Source of the DNA: an uncultured Campylobacter sp.
GTDB taxonomy: Bacteria > Campylobacterota > Campylobacteria > Campylobacterales > Campylobacteraceae
Length of the DNA: 64,000 nt
Direction of reading: 5' to 3'
Assembly: GCF_905372745.1 (NCBI RefSeq)
Contig: NZ_CAJPQR010000003.1
Span: 16,748 to 80,747 of the forward strand
The first letter of the stretch is position 1, and the number at the start of each line of letters is the position of its first letter. Of this stretch, positions 28,296-37,016 are shown piece by piece. The notes under the pieces were generated by a model. It saw nothing but the letters and a program-made list of their open reading frames with translations. It did no database searches and was not told the DNA's origin. Both the position numbers and the translations under genes were made by a program.

Positions 28296-30551
28296 TTGAA
28301 CGTACAATGCAAATTTATAGGCTTATCTATCTGCCTTGCTTGCTCACTCTACGCAGTCGATGCAAACCTCGGTGAGGTGACCGCCTACGGTAAAACAGAC
28401 ATCTCGGCCACCGAGGGTACGGGCTCATATACGACGCAAAACATGAACACTGCGACGGGTCTTGATTTAACTATCCGCGAAACGCCGCAAACCGTCACCA
28501 TTATCCCTGATCAGCTCGTTAAAGATCTAAATTTAAACGACGTAGATAAGGCGCTAAGCTATGCGCCGGGCATTACGACTACGAGCAGGTTTGGCATGAA
28601 TCTACCGATGTCTAGAGGCTTTAACATCGATAACATCCAAGAAGACGGCATGCAGTCCACCACCGCGCTTGCTGCGCAGGGGCTCTACGGCCAGTCCAAA
28701 GAGCATACCGATATGGCGTTTTATGACCGCGTGGAGGTACTTCGCGGCGTGGCGGGTTTGACGCAGAGTAACGGCGAGCCCGGCGGCACGATAAATTTAG
28801 CTAGAAAGCGTCCGCAAAAGACGTTCGGAGCAAATTTATCCCTAGGTGTAGGCAGCTGGGATACATACCGTAGCGTAGCAGACGTGACGGGCGGGCTAAA
28901 CTCCGACGGCTCAGTCCGAGGCAGAGTAATCGGCACTCTGGGCAAGGATGGGTCGTTTAGGGATATGAAAGGCAACAAAAGAGGCGCAGTCTCTGCGATG
29001 ATAGAAACCGATATAGGCGACTCCACGAACGCGCTTGCCGGGATAATCTACCAAAAAAGTAGAGGCGTCTACGATCCGTTTGGCGTACCCGTGGTCGGCA
29101 AGAACGGCGAGGAGTTAAATTTAAACCGCAAAACGACCTTTATATCAGACTGGAGTCGTGCGATCTACGAAAAATATAACCTATTTTTAGATCTTGAGCA
29201 CTATTTTAACGACAGCATCAAGGCCTATGCCAAATTTAACTATACCGATAGCAAGAGCACCCTCAAATTCGGCGGCTGGCACGGAGTAAATCGCGATCCG
29301 ATTACCAGATATATCGGCTACGATAGATACGACAACGCAAGTAAAGAATTTAGCTTTAAAACCGGTATCGACGCAAACTATGATTTATTTGGTCAAAATC
29401 ACGACTTTTTCACCAGCATTACGATGTCTCGCGAGACCTTCACGCAGCACGACAGAGACGTATTTACGGGCGCGGCAAATCTCACCTATAATACCTTCAA
29501 CAAAGGCCTCATAAACAATGAACCAAACTGGGGAGATATGACGGCTCTTTGCGCGCTGGGTACCAACTGCTACAACCTATACTACAACACTAAAATTTAC
29601 CAACAAATGTTTACGATCGGCACTAGGTATAACTTTAGCGACGACTGGCATTTACTCCTTGGCGCTAGATACTCGTGGTTAAAGAGAAATAGCACTACCG
29701 ACAACTACCGCCGAGGCACGCATACGGTCGCACAAGAGGTCAAAAAGCACAAGCTAACGCCATATATCGGTCTTACGTGGGATTTTGCCAGAGATCACTC
29801 GCTGTACGCCAGCTACACCGAGATATATAAGCCCCAAACTGCTACCGATAGAAATGACGAGATACTGAAGCCTATTGTGGGCTACAACGCCGAGATCGGT
29901 CTAAAGTCCGAGTTTTTTGACGGCGCGCTAAACACGACCGTAGCGCTGTTTCAGATCGAACAAGAAAATCGCGCGATACAAGACTACGAGTACTACGTCG
30001 CCACGAATAAAAACAGAAGCGTAGCCGAGGGTAAAGTACGAAGCCGCGGCCTTGATATCGAAGCAAACGGCGCGATCACCGATAGGTGGAAAATTTTCGG
30101 CGGATATACGTATAATAAAAGCGAATACATGAAAGACGAAACGCACAATCCTACAAGTGTCGACTACCGCAAAGGCGCAAATGCTAAGCCTTGGATACCA
30201 AAACATATTGTCAAGGTCTACACAAGCTACGAGCTGCCTCTAGTCGCGCAGCAAAAGCTAGTCTTTGGCACGGGCGTACGCTATCAGACCAAGACCAACA
30301 ACATGTACTCAAGATACAATATCACGACCGGCGCGTATTATCCGGCTAACGACATCCCGGACCAAAAGGCCTACGCGCTATGGGATTCGAATATCGCGTA
30401 TTATTACGACAAGCACTTTAACGTAAATTTATCCGTCAAAAACATAACCGACGAGAAGTATTTTATCAATCAAAATAACCGCGTGGCCGGACAAAATAAC
30501 TTCTACGGCGAGCCTAGGAACTTTATGGTGACGTTTAATTACGCATACTAA
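28296..30551 (+). CDS. TonB-dependent siderophore/metallophore receptor
   Basis: TTG start 6 nt after AAGGAG. Signal peptide. Plug domain (RETPQTVTIIPDQL, VEVLRGVAG). 22-strand barrel-like length. C-terminal FMVTFNYAY. Confidence 0.9.
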   Translation: MNVQCKFIGLSICLACSLYAVDANLGEVTAYGKTDISATEGTGSYTTQNMNTATGLDLTIRETPQTVTIIPDQLVKDLNLNDVDKALSYAPGITTTSRFGMNLPMSRGFNIDNIQEDGMQSTTALAAQGLYGQSKEHTDMAFYDRVEVLRGVAGLTQSNGEPGGTINLARKRPQKTFGANLSLGVGSWDTYRSVADVTGGLNSDGSVRGRVIGTLGKDGSFRDMKGNKRGAVSAMIETDIGDSTNALAGIIYQKSRGVYDPFGVPVVGKNGEELNLNRKTTFISDWSRAIYEKYNLFLDLEHYFNDSIKAYAKFNYTDSKSTLKFGGWHGVNRDPITRYIGYDRYDNASKEFSFKTGIDANYDLFGQNHDFFTSITMSRETFTQHDRDVFTGAANLTYNTFNKGLINNEPNWGDMTALCALGTNCYNLYYNTKIYQQMFTIGTRYNFSDDWHLLLGARYSWLKRNSTTDNYRRGTHTVAQEVKKHKLTPYIGLTWDFARDHSLYASYTEIYKPQTATDRNDEILKPIVGYNAEIGLKSEFFDGALNTTVALFQIEQENRAIQDYEYYVATNKNRSVAEGKVRSRGLDIEANGAITDRWKIFGGYTYNKSEYMKDETHNPTSVDYRKGANAKPWIPKHIVKVYTSYELPLVAQQKLVFGTGVRYQTKTNNMYSRYNITTGAYYPANDIPDQKAYALWDSNIAYYYDKHFNVNLSVKNITDEKYFINQNNRVAGQNNFYGEPRNFMVTFNYAY

Positions 30552-30586
30552 TCAGGCTATTGCGCACCTGCTTTTCGGGCTTAGCT

Positions 30587-30615
30587 AGGCTCGTAAAATT
30601 TATAAATACGAGCCT
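30587..30615 (+). terminator. 9-bp hairpin after the receptor gene
   Basis: aggctcgta-aaatttataaa-tacgagcct. There is no clear T-run. Confidence 0.35.
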
Positions 30616-30742
30616 CTAGCGTAAATTTGTCTTACTTATTTACGGAGCTAAATTTGCTCAATGCGGACTAAATTTAGAATAAAATTCGCGCCGTAAAAAA
30701 TCTCGCCGTAAATAGCAAAAAACCAAACAAAAAAGGCTAAAT

Positions 30743-32491
30743 TTGCAAATTTTAAAGAAGTTTTTCATCATCGCGGGCTGGTTTTGGACGGGCAAGCGCT
30801 CACTAGCGGCGTGGGCGATGCTGGCCGTGACGCTGGGGGCTAGCCTAGCCATCGTCAAGGTCGCGACGCTAATGAATGCCTGGGATAAAAAATTTTACGA
30901 CGCGATCGAAAAATTTGAAAAAGATCTCATGCTCCCGCTTGTGGGCGAATTTCTCGTCTATACCGCCGTTATCGTGCTTTTTATCGTGATAGGAAGCTGG
31001 TTTAAAAAGCTGCTCGTGATCTCGTGGCGCGAGAGCCTAAGCGAAGAGATGGAAAATCTATGGCTAAAAAACGCAAATTTCTACCGCTTATCCGGTGTCG
31101 CGGGCTTTGATAACCCGGACCAGCGTATCGCAGAGGACAGCCTCCTGCTCGCCGATAAAAGCGTAAATCTAATAAAATCCATGGTTTACAACCTCTCCAA
31201 GCTTTTTGCTTTCACGTTTATCCTCTGGGAGGCGTCAAAAGTACTGCGCTTTGGCGCTTTTGGACGCGAGTTCGCGTTAGAGGGCTTTTTGGTCTATGTC
31301 GCGCTCGTTTATACGCTTTTTAGCTCGCTTATCACGCACCTCATAGGCCGCAGCCTAAAGCGCCTAAACTACGAAAAACAGCAGGTTGAGGCCGACTACC
31401 GCGCAAATCTGCTAATCACCCGCGAAAATGCCGAAGCCGTCGCGCTAATGAATGGCGCCGGCGCTGAAAAATCGCGCTTTAGAGCGAGTTTTGGCGAGGT
31501 AGTGCGCAACTGGCGCGTCATCATGAACACCGAGTTTCGCCTCGAGTGCTTTTCGGCAAGCTATCTAAAGGTCACGAATCTCATCCCGATTTTCGCCTGC
31601 TTGCCGCTTTATTTCGCGCACGCGATGAGCTTTGGCGATATGATGCGGGCACGCTCGGCGTTTTACAGCGTGCAAGACGGCTTTGCGTGGTTTATGGATT
31701 ATTATAAACAGATCATGGAGTGGGCTGCGAGCGTGGAGCGCGTGTATAAATTCATCGATATCGCGCAGGCAGCGGACTCTAAGGTCAAATTTGACGCTAA
31801 AATTAGAGAGCAAAACAGCGATCTTGACGGAGCGAACGAACCCGCTCAGGTAACGGCGGCAAATTTGGCACAAGATAAATTTGACGAAAACGCCGAAGCA
31901 AACGAGCTAAGGTGTACAAATTTACAAATTTTTACCCCAAGCGGCGAAAGGTTGGTTTGCGGGCTAAATTTAAGCGTAAAAAGTGGCGAATGGGTACTGC
32001 TACGCGGCGCTAGCGGAACGGGCAAAAGCAGCGTATTTAGGTATATCGCGGGCATCTGGGATCACGGCTCGGGCGATGTTTGCGCTCCGCGCGGGACGAT
32101 GGTCGTGCCGCAAAAACCGTTTTTAGCGCGCATGAGCCTAAGGCGGCTTATCGCGTATCCTAGCGATTTGCAAGGCACCGATGCCGATTTTACCGATATT
32201 TTAAGGCGCGTACGGCTGGAGAAATTTATCTTTGAGCTAGACGAAATCAAAGACTGGGGCAAGATTTTAAGCGGCGGCGAGGCGCAAAGGCTTGCATTTG
32301 CAAGAGTTTATTTTGCGCAGCCTGCGTTTTTACTACTTGATGAGGCGACATCGGCGCTTGATAGCGCACTAGCAAACGAGCTTCTTGCTAATCTAAAGCA
32401 CGACTTTCCGCGCCTTGGCGTACTAGCTATCACGCATCAAGAGGAGCTTAAATTTATTTTTGACAAGGTTATAGGCATTGATAAAACTTAA
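30743..32491 (+). CDS. SbmA/BacA-type fused permease-ATPase ABC transporter (YddA-like)
   Basis: 582 aa. N-terminal 6-TM SbmA_BacA-like domain. Walker A GASGTGKSS. Signature LSGGEAQRLAFAR. Walker B LLLDEATSALD. A low-complexity linker separates the TMD and NBD. Confidence 0.8.
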   Translation: MQILKKFFIIAGWFWTGKRSLAAWAMLAVTLGASLAIVKVATLMNAWDKKFYDAIEKFEKDLMLPLVGEFLVYTAVIVLFIVIGSWFKKLLVISWRESLSEEMENLWLKNANFYRLSGVAGFDNPDQRIAEDSLLLADKSVNLIKSMVYNLSKLFAFTFILWEASKVLRFGAFGREFALEGFLVYVALVYTLFSSLITHLIGRSLKRLNYEKQQVEADYRANLLITRENAEAVALMNGAGAEKSRFRASFGEVVRNWRVIMNTEFRLECFSASYLKVTNLIPIFACLPLYFAHAMSFGDMMRARSAFYSVQDGFAWFMDYYKQIMEWAASVERVYKFIDIAQAADSKVKFDAKIREQNSDLDGANEPAQVTAANLAQDKFDENAEANELRCTNLQIFTPSGERLVCGLNLSVKSGEWVLLRGASGTGKSSVFRYIAGIWDHGSGDVCAPRGTMVVPQKPFLARMSLRRLIAYPSDLQGTDADFTDILRRVRLEKFIFELDEIKDWGKILSGGEAQRLAFARVYFAQPAFLLLDEATSALDSALANELLANLKHDFPRLGVLAITHQEELKFIFDKVIGIDKT

Positions 32492-32932
32492 AAATTATCG
32501 CTAAATTTTTAGTCCTATATTAAGCCCGTTTTGTTAAATCAATACACTTACGCGCCGGAGTGTTTTATATTTTATTTTTTATCAAAACGACCGCATTTTA
32601 TCTTTTTGTATCGGTTCAAAGAGCACGATTTAACGCAAGTTCCAAATTTACGGTTAAACGGTCTCCCAAAATCTCAGCTTCGTTTTGATCGCGTCCTGAT
32701 TTTTTTCGCGTAAAATTTGCAAAAACTCTTTAAAATTTGGCATAAAATCGAAACGGCGGGCACAAATTTATATTCGGCCGAGCCGTCTTGCTCAAACTCG
32801 TCCGCAAAACAAATCCGCGCAATCCCGCCAAAAAGCAAAACGTTAAAAGTTATGATTAAAATTTCGGTTATTTTTAAAATTTGAGTCCTTTCAAAAATGC
32901 AAATTTAACCCCTGCGTCGCTTGCGGCCGAGC

Positions 32933-33463
32933 TTAAGCCGCTTTTTTGACGCCGTTAAATTTAGCGCCCTTAAATTTGAGTTCGCCGCAAAATCTCTTGC
33001 CGAATTTCGCCTCGACGATAAGAACCAGCACGAAAAATATCTTTTCGTCGTTTAAAAAAGCGATTTGGCGTAGGGTTTGGTCGGCGCTGCTAAATTTGAC
33101 GCCGTTTTCGCGCAAAGTGCGGCAAAACTCAGCCTCGTCAAAGCCCAGTTTTTGCGAGATTTGGGCGATCGTGTAGGGCTCTAGCGAGGCGATGATGCGG
33201 TCCATGTTGCACATGCTGGGATTTTTGCGGCGAGTGACGACGTCTATGAATTCGTTTGAGAGCTTAATGAGCTTTTTCTTGCGATTTATCACGTGCAAAA
33301 GCGCTGCGAGCGCAACCAAAAAGCCTGCAAATTTATGCGCGCTCATCCAAAACTCGCCGTACTCTCCAAGCGCGAAATTTAGTCCCGAAAACGCGAGCAA
33401 ACTAAGCCCCAAAATAAGCGCGCAAACCAGGCAAAATTTATAAATAATCTCGACTTTAAGCAT
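32933..33463 (-). CDS. Membrane protein divergent from norB (DUF4405-like 2-TM N-terminus)
   Basis: The preferred ATG is 33463 (GGGAG 5 nt upstream) rather than the listed TTG 33475. HKFAGFLVALAALLHVINRKKK segment. Confidence 0.5.
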   Translation of the reverse strand: MLKVEIIYKFCLVCALILGLSLLAFSGLNFALGEYGEFWMSAHKFAGFLVALAALLHVINRKKKLIKLSNEFIDVVTRRKNPSMCNMDRIIASLEPYTIAQISQKLGFDEAEFCRTLRENGVKFSSADQTLRQIAFLNDEKIFFVLVLIVEAKFGKRFCGELKFKGAKFNGVKKAA

Positions 33464-33541
33464 AGAATCTCCCAAAATATATTTTCGTAATTATACATTT
33501 TTAAAATAAGCAATATTTTAAGGACAGATTTTATCCTTTTA

Positions 33542-33555
33542 TTGACGCAAATCAT
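33542..33555. promoter_or_regulatory. Candidate Crp/Fnr-family (NssR/NnrR-type) box upstream of norB
   Basis: TTGACgcaaATCAT compared with TTGAT-N4-ATCAA (8/10). The centre lies about 70 nt upstream of the norB ATG. Confidence 0.35.
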
Positions 33556-33618
33556 TCGATTAAATTCTCGTTTTGGATAAACTATCGCCCGAATTTTCAT
33601 ATCACAAAGGAGAAAAGT

Positions 33619-35865
33619 ATGCGTGAATACAAGAAGTATTGGTGGGCGCTGGTAGCAGTCGTTACTATCGCCTTCGGGATACTGGGCTATTACGGCGTAG
33701 AGGTTTACCGCGAAGCGCCGCCGGTGGTGAGTTTCGCCGATAAAAACGGCAAAATAATAGTCGAGCAAGAGCAAATTTATAAAGGCCAGGAGGCCTGGCA
33801 GAGCATCGGCGGTATGCAGGTGGGCTCTGTGTGGGGACACGGAGCGTATCAGGCGCCTGACTGGACGGCTGATTGGCTGCATAAAGAGCTAGTCGCGTTT
33901 ATGGATATAAAGGCAAATCAGCTTTACGGAGTTAAATTTAATGCTCTTAACGCCGAGCAACAAGCCAACATCAAGGCTCTAACCAAGAGCGAATACCGCA
34001 CGAATACGCTAAAAAACGGCGTTATAACCATCAGCGACGAGAGGATCGCCGCGGCAAAAGTAGTGCGTGACGAGTATAACGGGCTTTTCGGTAACGATCC
34101 GAAATACCAGAAGCTACGCGAAAACTACGCGATGAAAAACAACACGTTAGTCAAAGAGGAAAACCGCGAGCAGCTAAATGATTTCTTCTTCTGGGCGACC
34201 TGGGCTACGGCGACGAATCGCCCAAATAGCGAAGCTACGTACACGAACAACTGGCCACACGAGCCGCTAATCGACAACGTCCCGACGCAAGAAAACGTAT
34301 TTTGGACGATTATTAGCGTTACGATTTTGGTTGCGGGCGTGGGCTTACTAGTTTGGTTTTCAAATTTCTACGGCGAAAAAGATCACGAGAAACTCGCTCC
34401 TATCGATGCCGATCCGCTTTCAAAGCTAAATTTGACACCGTCTCAAAAGGCGCTTGGCAAATACCTTTTCGTAGCGCTCGCGCTATTTGTTTTCCAGATC
34501 ATGATAGGCGGCTTCGTGGCGCACTACACGGTCGAGGGACAGGAGTTTTACGGTATAAATTTATCCGAGCACATACCGTACTCTTTGGCGCGCACTTGGC
34601 ATATCCAGGCGAGCATTTTCTGGATCGCGACGGGCTTTTTGGCGGCCGGACTTTTCCTAGCGCCTATCATCAACGGCGGCAAGGATCCTAAATTTCAAAA
34701 GCTAGGCGTGGATTTGCTTTTCTACGCGCTGCTTTTCCTAGTCGTGGGTAGCTTTATCGGCGAGTACATGGCGATAGCGGGCAAGATGGAAACGTCTACT
34801 AGCTTTTGGCTTGGTCACCAAGGATACGAGTATATCGAGCTTGGCAGGGTTTGGCAGCTTATTTTGTTTGTGGGTCTTGTTATCTGGATGGCGCTCGTAC
34901 TTCGCGGATTCGTCGGCGGATTTAAGGCTGACGGCGATAAAAACCTGCTAGCTATCTTTACGGCTTCTGCTATCGCGGTGGGACTTTTCTACGGCGCGGG
35001 ACTATTTTACGGTCAAAGAAGTCCGCTACCGGTGATGGAATACTGGCGCTGGTGGGTCGTTCACCTTTGGGTCGAGGGCTTTTTCGAGGTGTTTGCGACC
35101 GCGTCGCTTGCGTTCGTGTTTGCCTCTTTGGGTCTAGTGGGTAAAAAATTCGCGACTTACTCAACCTTGGCAAGCGCTAGTTTATTCTTAATGGGCGGTA
35201 TCCCTGGCACCTTCCACCACCTTTATTTTGCGGGAACTACCACTCCGATCATGGCCGTGGGCGCTAGCTTTTCTGCGCTTGAGGTCGTGCCTTTGGTGCT
35301 TCTTGGAGCAGAGGCCTTCCATCAGTATTCGCTTCAGTTCGCGCAAAGCTGGGCGAAAAACCTCAAATGGCCGCTTTACTGCTTTATCGCGGTGGCGTTT
35401 TGGAATATGCTGGGCGCGGGCGTGTTTGGCTTCCTTATCAACCCGCCGCTATTTTTGTTCTACATCCAGGGTCTAAACACCACTTCGGTGCACGGACACG
35501 CGGCGCTGTTTGGCGTTTACGGATTTTTGGCTTTGGGCTTTGTTTGGCTCGTGGCGCTTTACCTTTTCAAAGGGCAAGAATTTAACGACAAGCTTATGAA
35601 AGTGGGCTTTTGGTCGCTAAATGCGGGTCTAATGCTAATGATTTTAGCGTCCCTGCTTCCGATCGGTCTTTATCAAGCCGTCGCCGCGATAGATGTGGGC
35701 ATGTGGTACGCTAGAAGCGCGGAGTTTTTACAGATGGATCACTTGCAAAATTTACGCTGGCTAAGGATGATCGGCGATACGATCTTCATCATCGGCGGCG
35801 TTTGCTTCTTTATCCAGATTCTTAAATTTATCGCGGGAAGCTGCGGCTGCAAGGCCAAAGCCTAA
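33619..35865 (+). CDS. norB: Quinol-type nitric-oxide reductase large subunit (qNOR)
   Basis: 748 aa. N-terminal extension plus a periplasmic domain, followed by a 12-TM haem-copper-oxidase-like core. His ligand contexts HHLYFAG and HGHAALFG. Confidence 0.9.
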   Translation: MREYKKYWWALVAVVTIAFGILGYYGVEVYREAPPVVSFADKNGKIIVEQEQIYKGQEAWQSIGGMQVGSVWGHGAYQAPDWTADWLHKELVAFMDIKANQLYGVKFNALNAEQQANIKALTKSEYRTNTLKNGVITISDERIAAAKVVRDEYNGLFGNDPKYQKLRENYAMKNNTLVKEENREQLNDFFFWATWATATNRPNSEATYTNNWPHEPLIDNVPTQENVFWTIISVTILVAGVGLLVWFSNFYGEKDHEKLAPIDADPLSKLNLTPSQKALGKYLFVALALFVFQIMIGGFVAHYTVEGQEFYGINLSEHIPYSLARTWHIQASIFWIATGFLAAGLFLAPIINGGKDPKFQKLGVDLLFYALLFLVVGSFIGEYMAIAGKMETSTSFWLGHQGYEYIELGRVWQLILFVGLVIWMALVLRGFVGGFKADGDKNLLAIFTASAIAVGLFYGAGLFYGQRSPLPVMEYWRWWVVHLWVEGFFEVFATASLAFVFASLGLVGKKFATYSTLASASLFLMGGIPGTFHHLYFAGTTTPIMAVGASFSALEVVPLVLLGAEAFHQYSLQFAQSWAKNLKWPLYCFIAVAFWNMLGAGVFGFLINPPLFLFYIQGLNTTSVHGHAALFGVYGFLALGFVWLVALYLFKGQEFNDKLMKVGFWSLNAGLMLMILASLLPIGLYQAVAAIDVGMWYARSAEFLQMDHLQNLRWLRMIGDTIFIIGGVCFFIQILKFIAGSCGCKAKA

Positions 35866-35869
35866 TCCC

Positions 35870-35894
35870 TCTAAGCCCCTGCTTTAGGGGCTTA
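35870..35894 (+). terminator. Perfect 10-bp hairpin after norB
   Basis: ctaagcccct-gcttt-aggggcttag, immediately after the stop codon. Confidence 0.6.
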
Positions 35895-35940
35895 GCTTAT
35901 TATAAACTTCTATCTTGTAAAATTCGTCCAAAGGACGAAA

Positions 35941-36486
35941 ATGCAAAAATTTAAAAAATATCTCCGAAATTTTATCTTTGGCTTCTTGATTGCCCTGCAC
36001 GTTACGGCGGTCGCGGCGATAAACTACGCTTTTCCGCACTACGACGAGGCGATCATTACGGGCGGCGAGGTCAAACGCATGGACAAAGACGGCTTCATCG
36101 ACGCGCAAAATCCCGCCGACGGTCCGACGCGCGACGTGTACTTTATCTACACGCGGGAGCTAAACGGCACTAAAGTGATGCCGTATCGAAACGAAGACAC
36201 GGGCTGGGGCTTACCGCTTTATTTTAAATTTAACTCCGCCGACGTCCAAGCCGCCGCCCAGAGTCTAGTGGGCGAAGGCAGGGCGCAGATCAAATACTAC
36301 GGCTGGCGCATCGCGATGCTTGATATGTTTAGAAACGCCGTTTCGGTTAAAAAGCTAAAAGAGGGCCAAACGCGGGCAAATCCTATTTTTAGCTATATAT
36401 TTTATGCTTTGACGGCGGTTTCGTTTGCGGTTTGCGCCGTTTTTGTTAGAAGAAAATTTAAAGACGAGCCAAGCTCAAATTTATAA
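35941..36486 (+). CDS. DUF1523-family membrane-anchored protein
   Basis: 181 aa. N- and C-terminal TM segments. VYFIYT...YRNEDTGWGLPLYFKFNS segment typical of the family, as I recall. Confidence 0.65.
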   Translation: MQKFKKYLRNFIFGFLIALHVTAVAAINYAFPHYDEAIITGGEVKRMDKDGFIDAQNPADGPTRDVYFIYTRELNGTKVMPYRNEDTGWGLPLYFKFNSADVQAAAQSLVGEGRAQIKYYGWRIAMLDMFRNAVSVKKLKEGQTRANPIFSYIFYALTAVSFAVCAVFVRRKFKDEPSSNL

Positions 36487-37016
36487 TCCAAGCTAAATTT
36501 AAGCAGCTTTTCGTCGCCTCGCTCAAATTTGACTCGGCGAGGGCGGCAAATTTGACGTAAAATCTGCAGTCAAAAGGATATGCGTGAGCGAACTATACAT
36601 CTTTATCTCCGGGCTTTGCTCTCTGATAAACGAAAATTTAAAAAAGAATTTTTATTTTCAGGCGGGATTGTTTTTCGCTATCGTTTTGCTCGGATTTTTG
36701 GCGGTTTGGATGCAGGATTAGTCAAATTTGAGCGGACCAATTTGACTAGGACGAGCTAAATTAACTAGCGGACGCAAACCGCGTTAAATTTAGCATTAAA
36801 AAGCAAATTTAAAAAATCCCTAAAAAATATCATTTGCAAAGTAGCCTATAATCCAAAAACATATCGTGATAGTCGCAAACCAGCCCATCCCTGCGCTTTT
36901 GGCATAAAACAAAAAGGCTAGTACGCAAACTAAGGCTAAATCCGTTCTAGTCAAACTTATTCTCCCATACGCGCGCCGCCGTCAAATTTAGCGCAGTATA
37001 GTTGCCGTACGCAAAT

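Noticed and set aside
33379-33882. A 167-aa minus ORF spanning the norB start.
   Set aside because: It overlaps the well-supported norB N-terminus and the divergent promoter, has no RBS and has an implausible composition.
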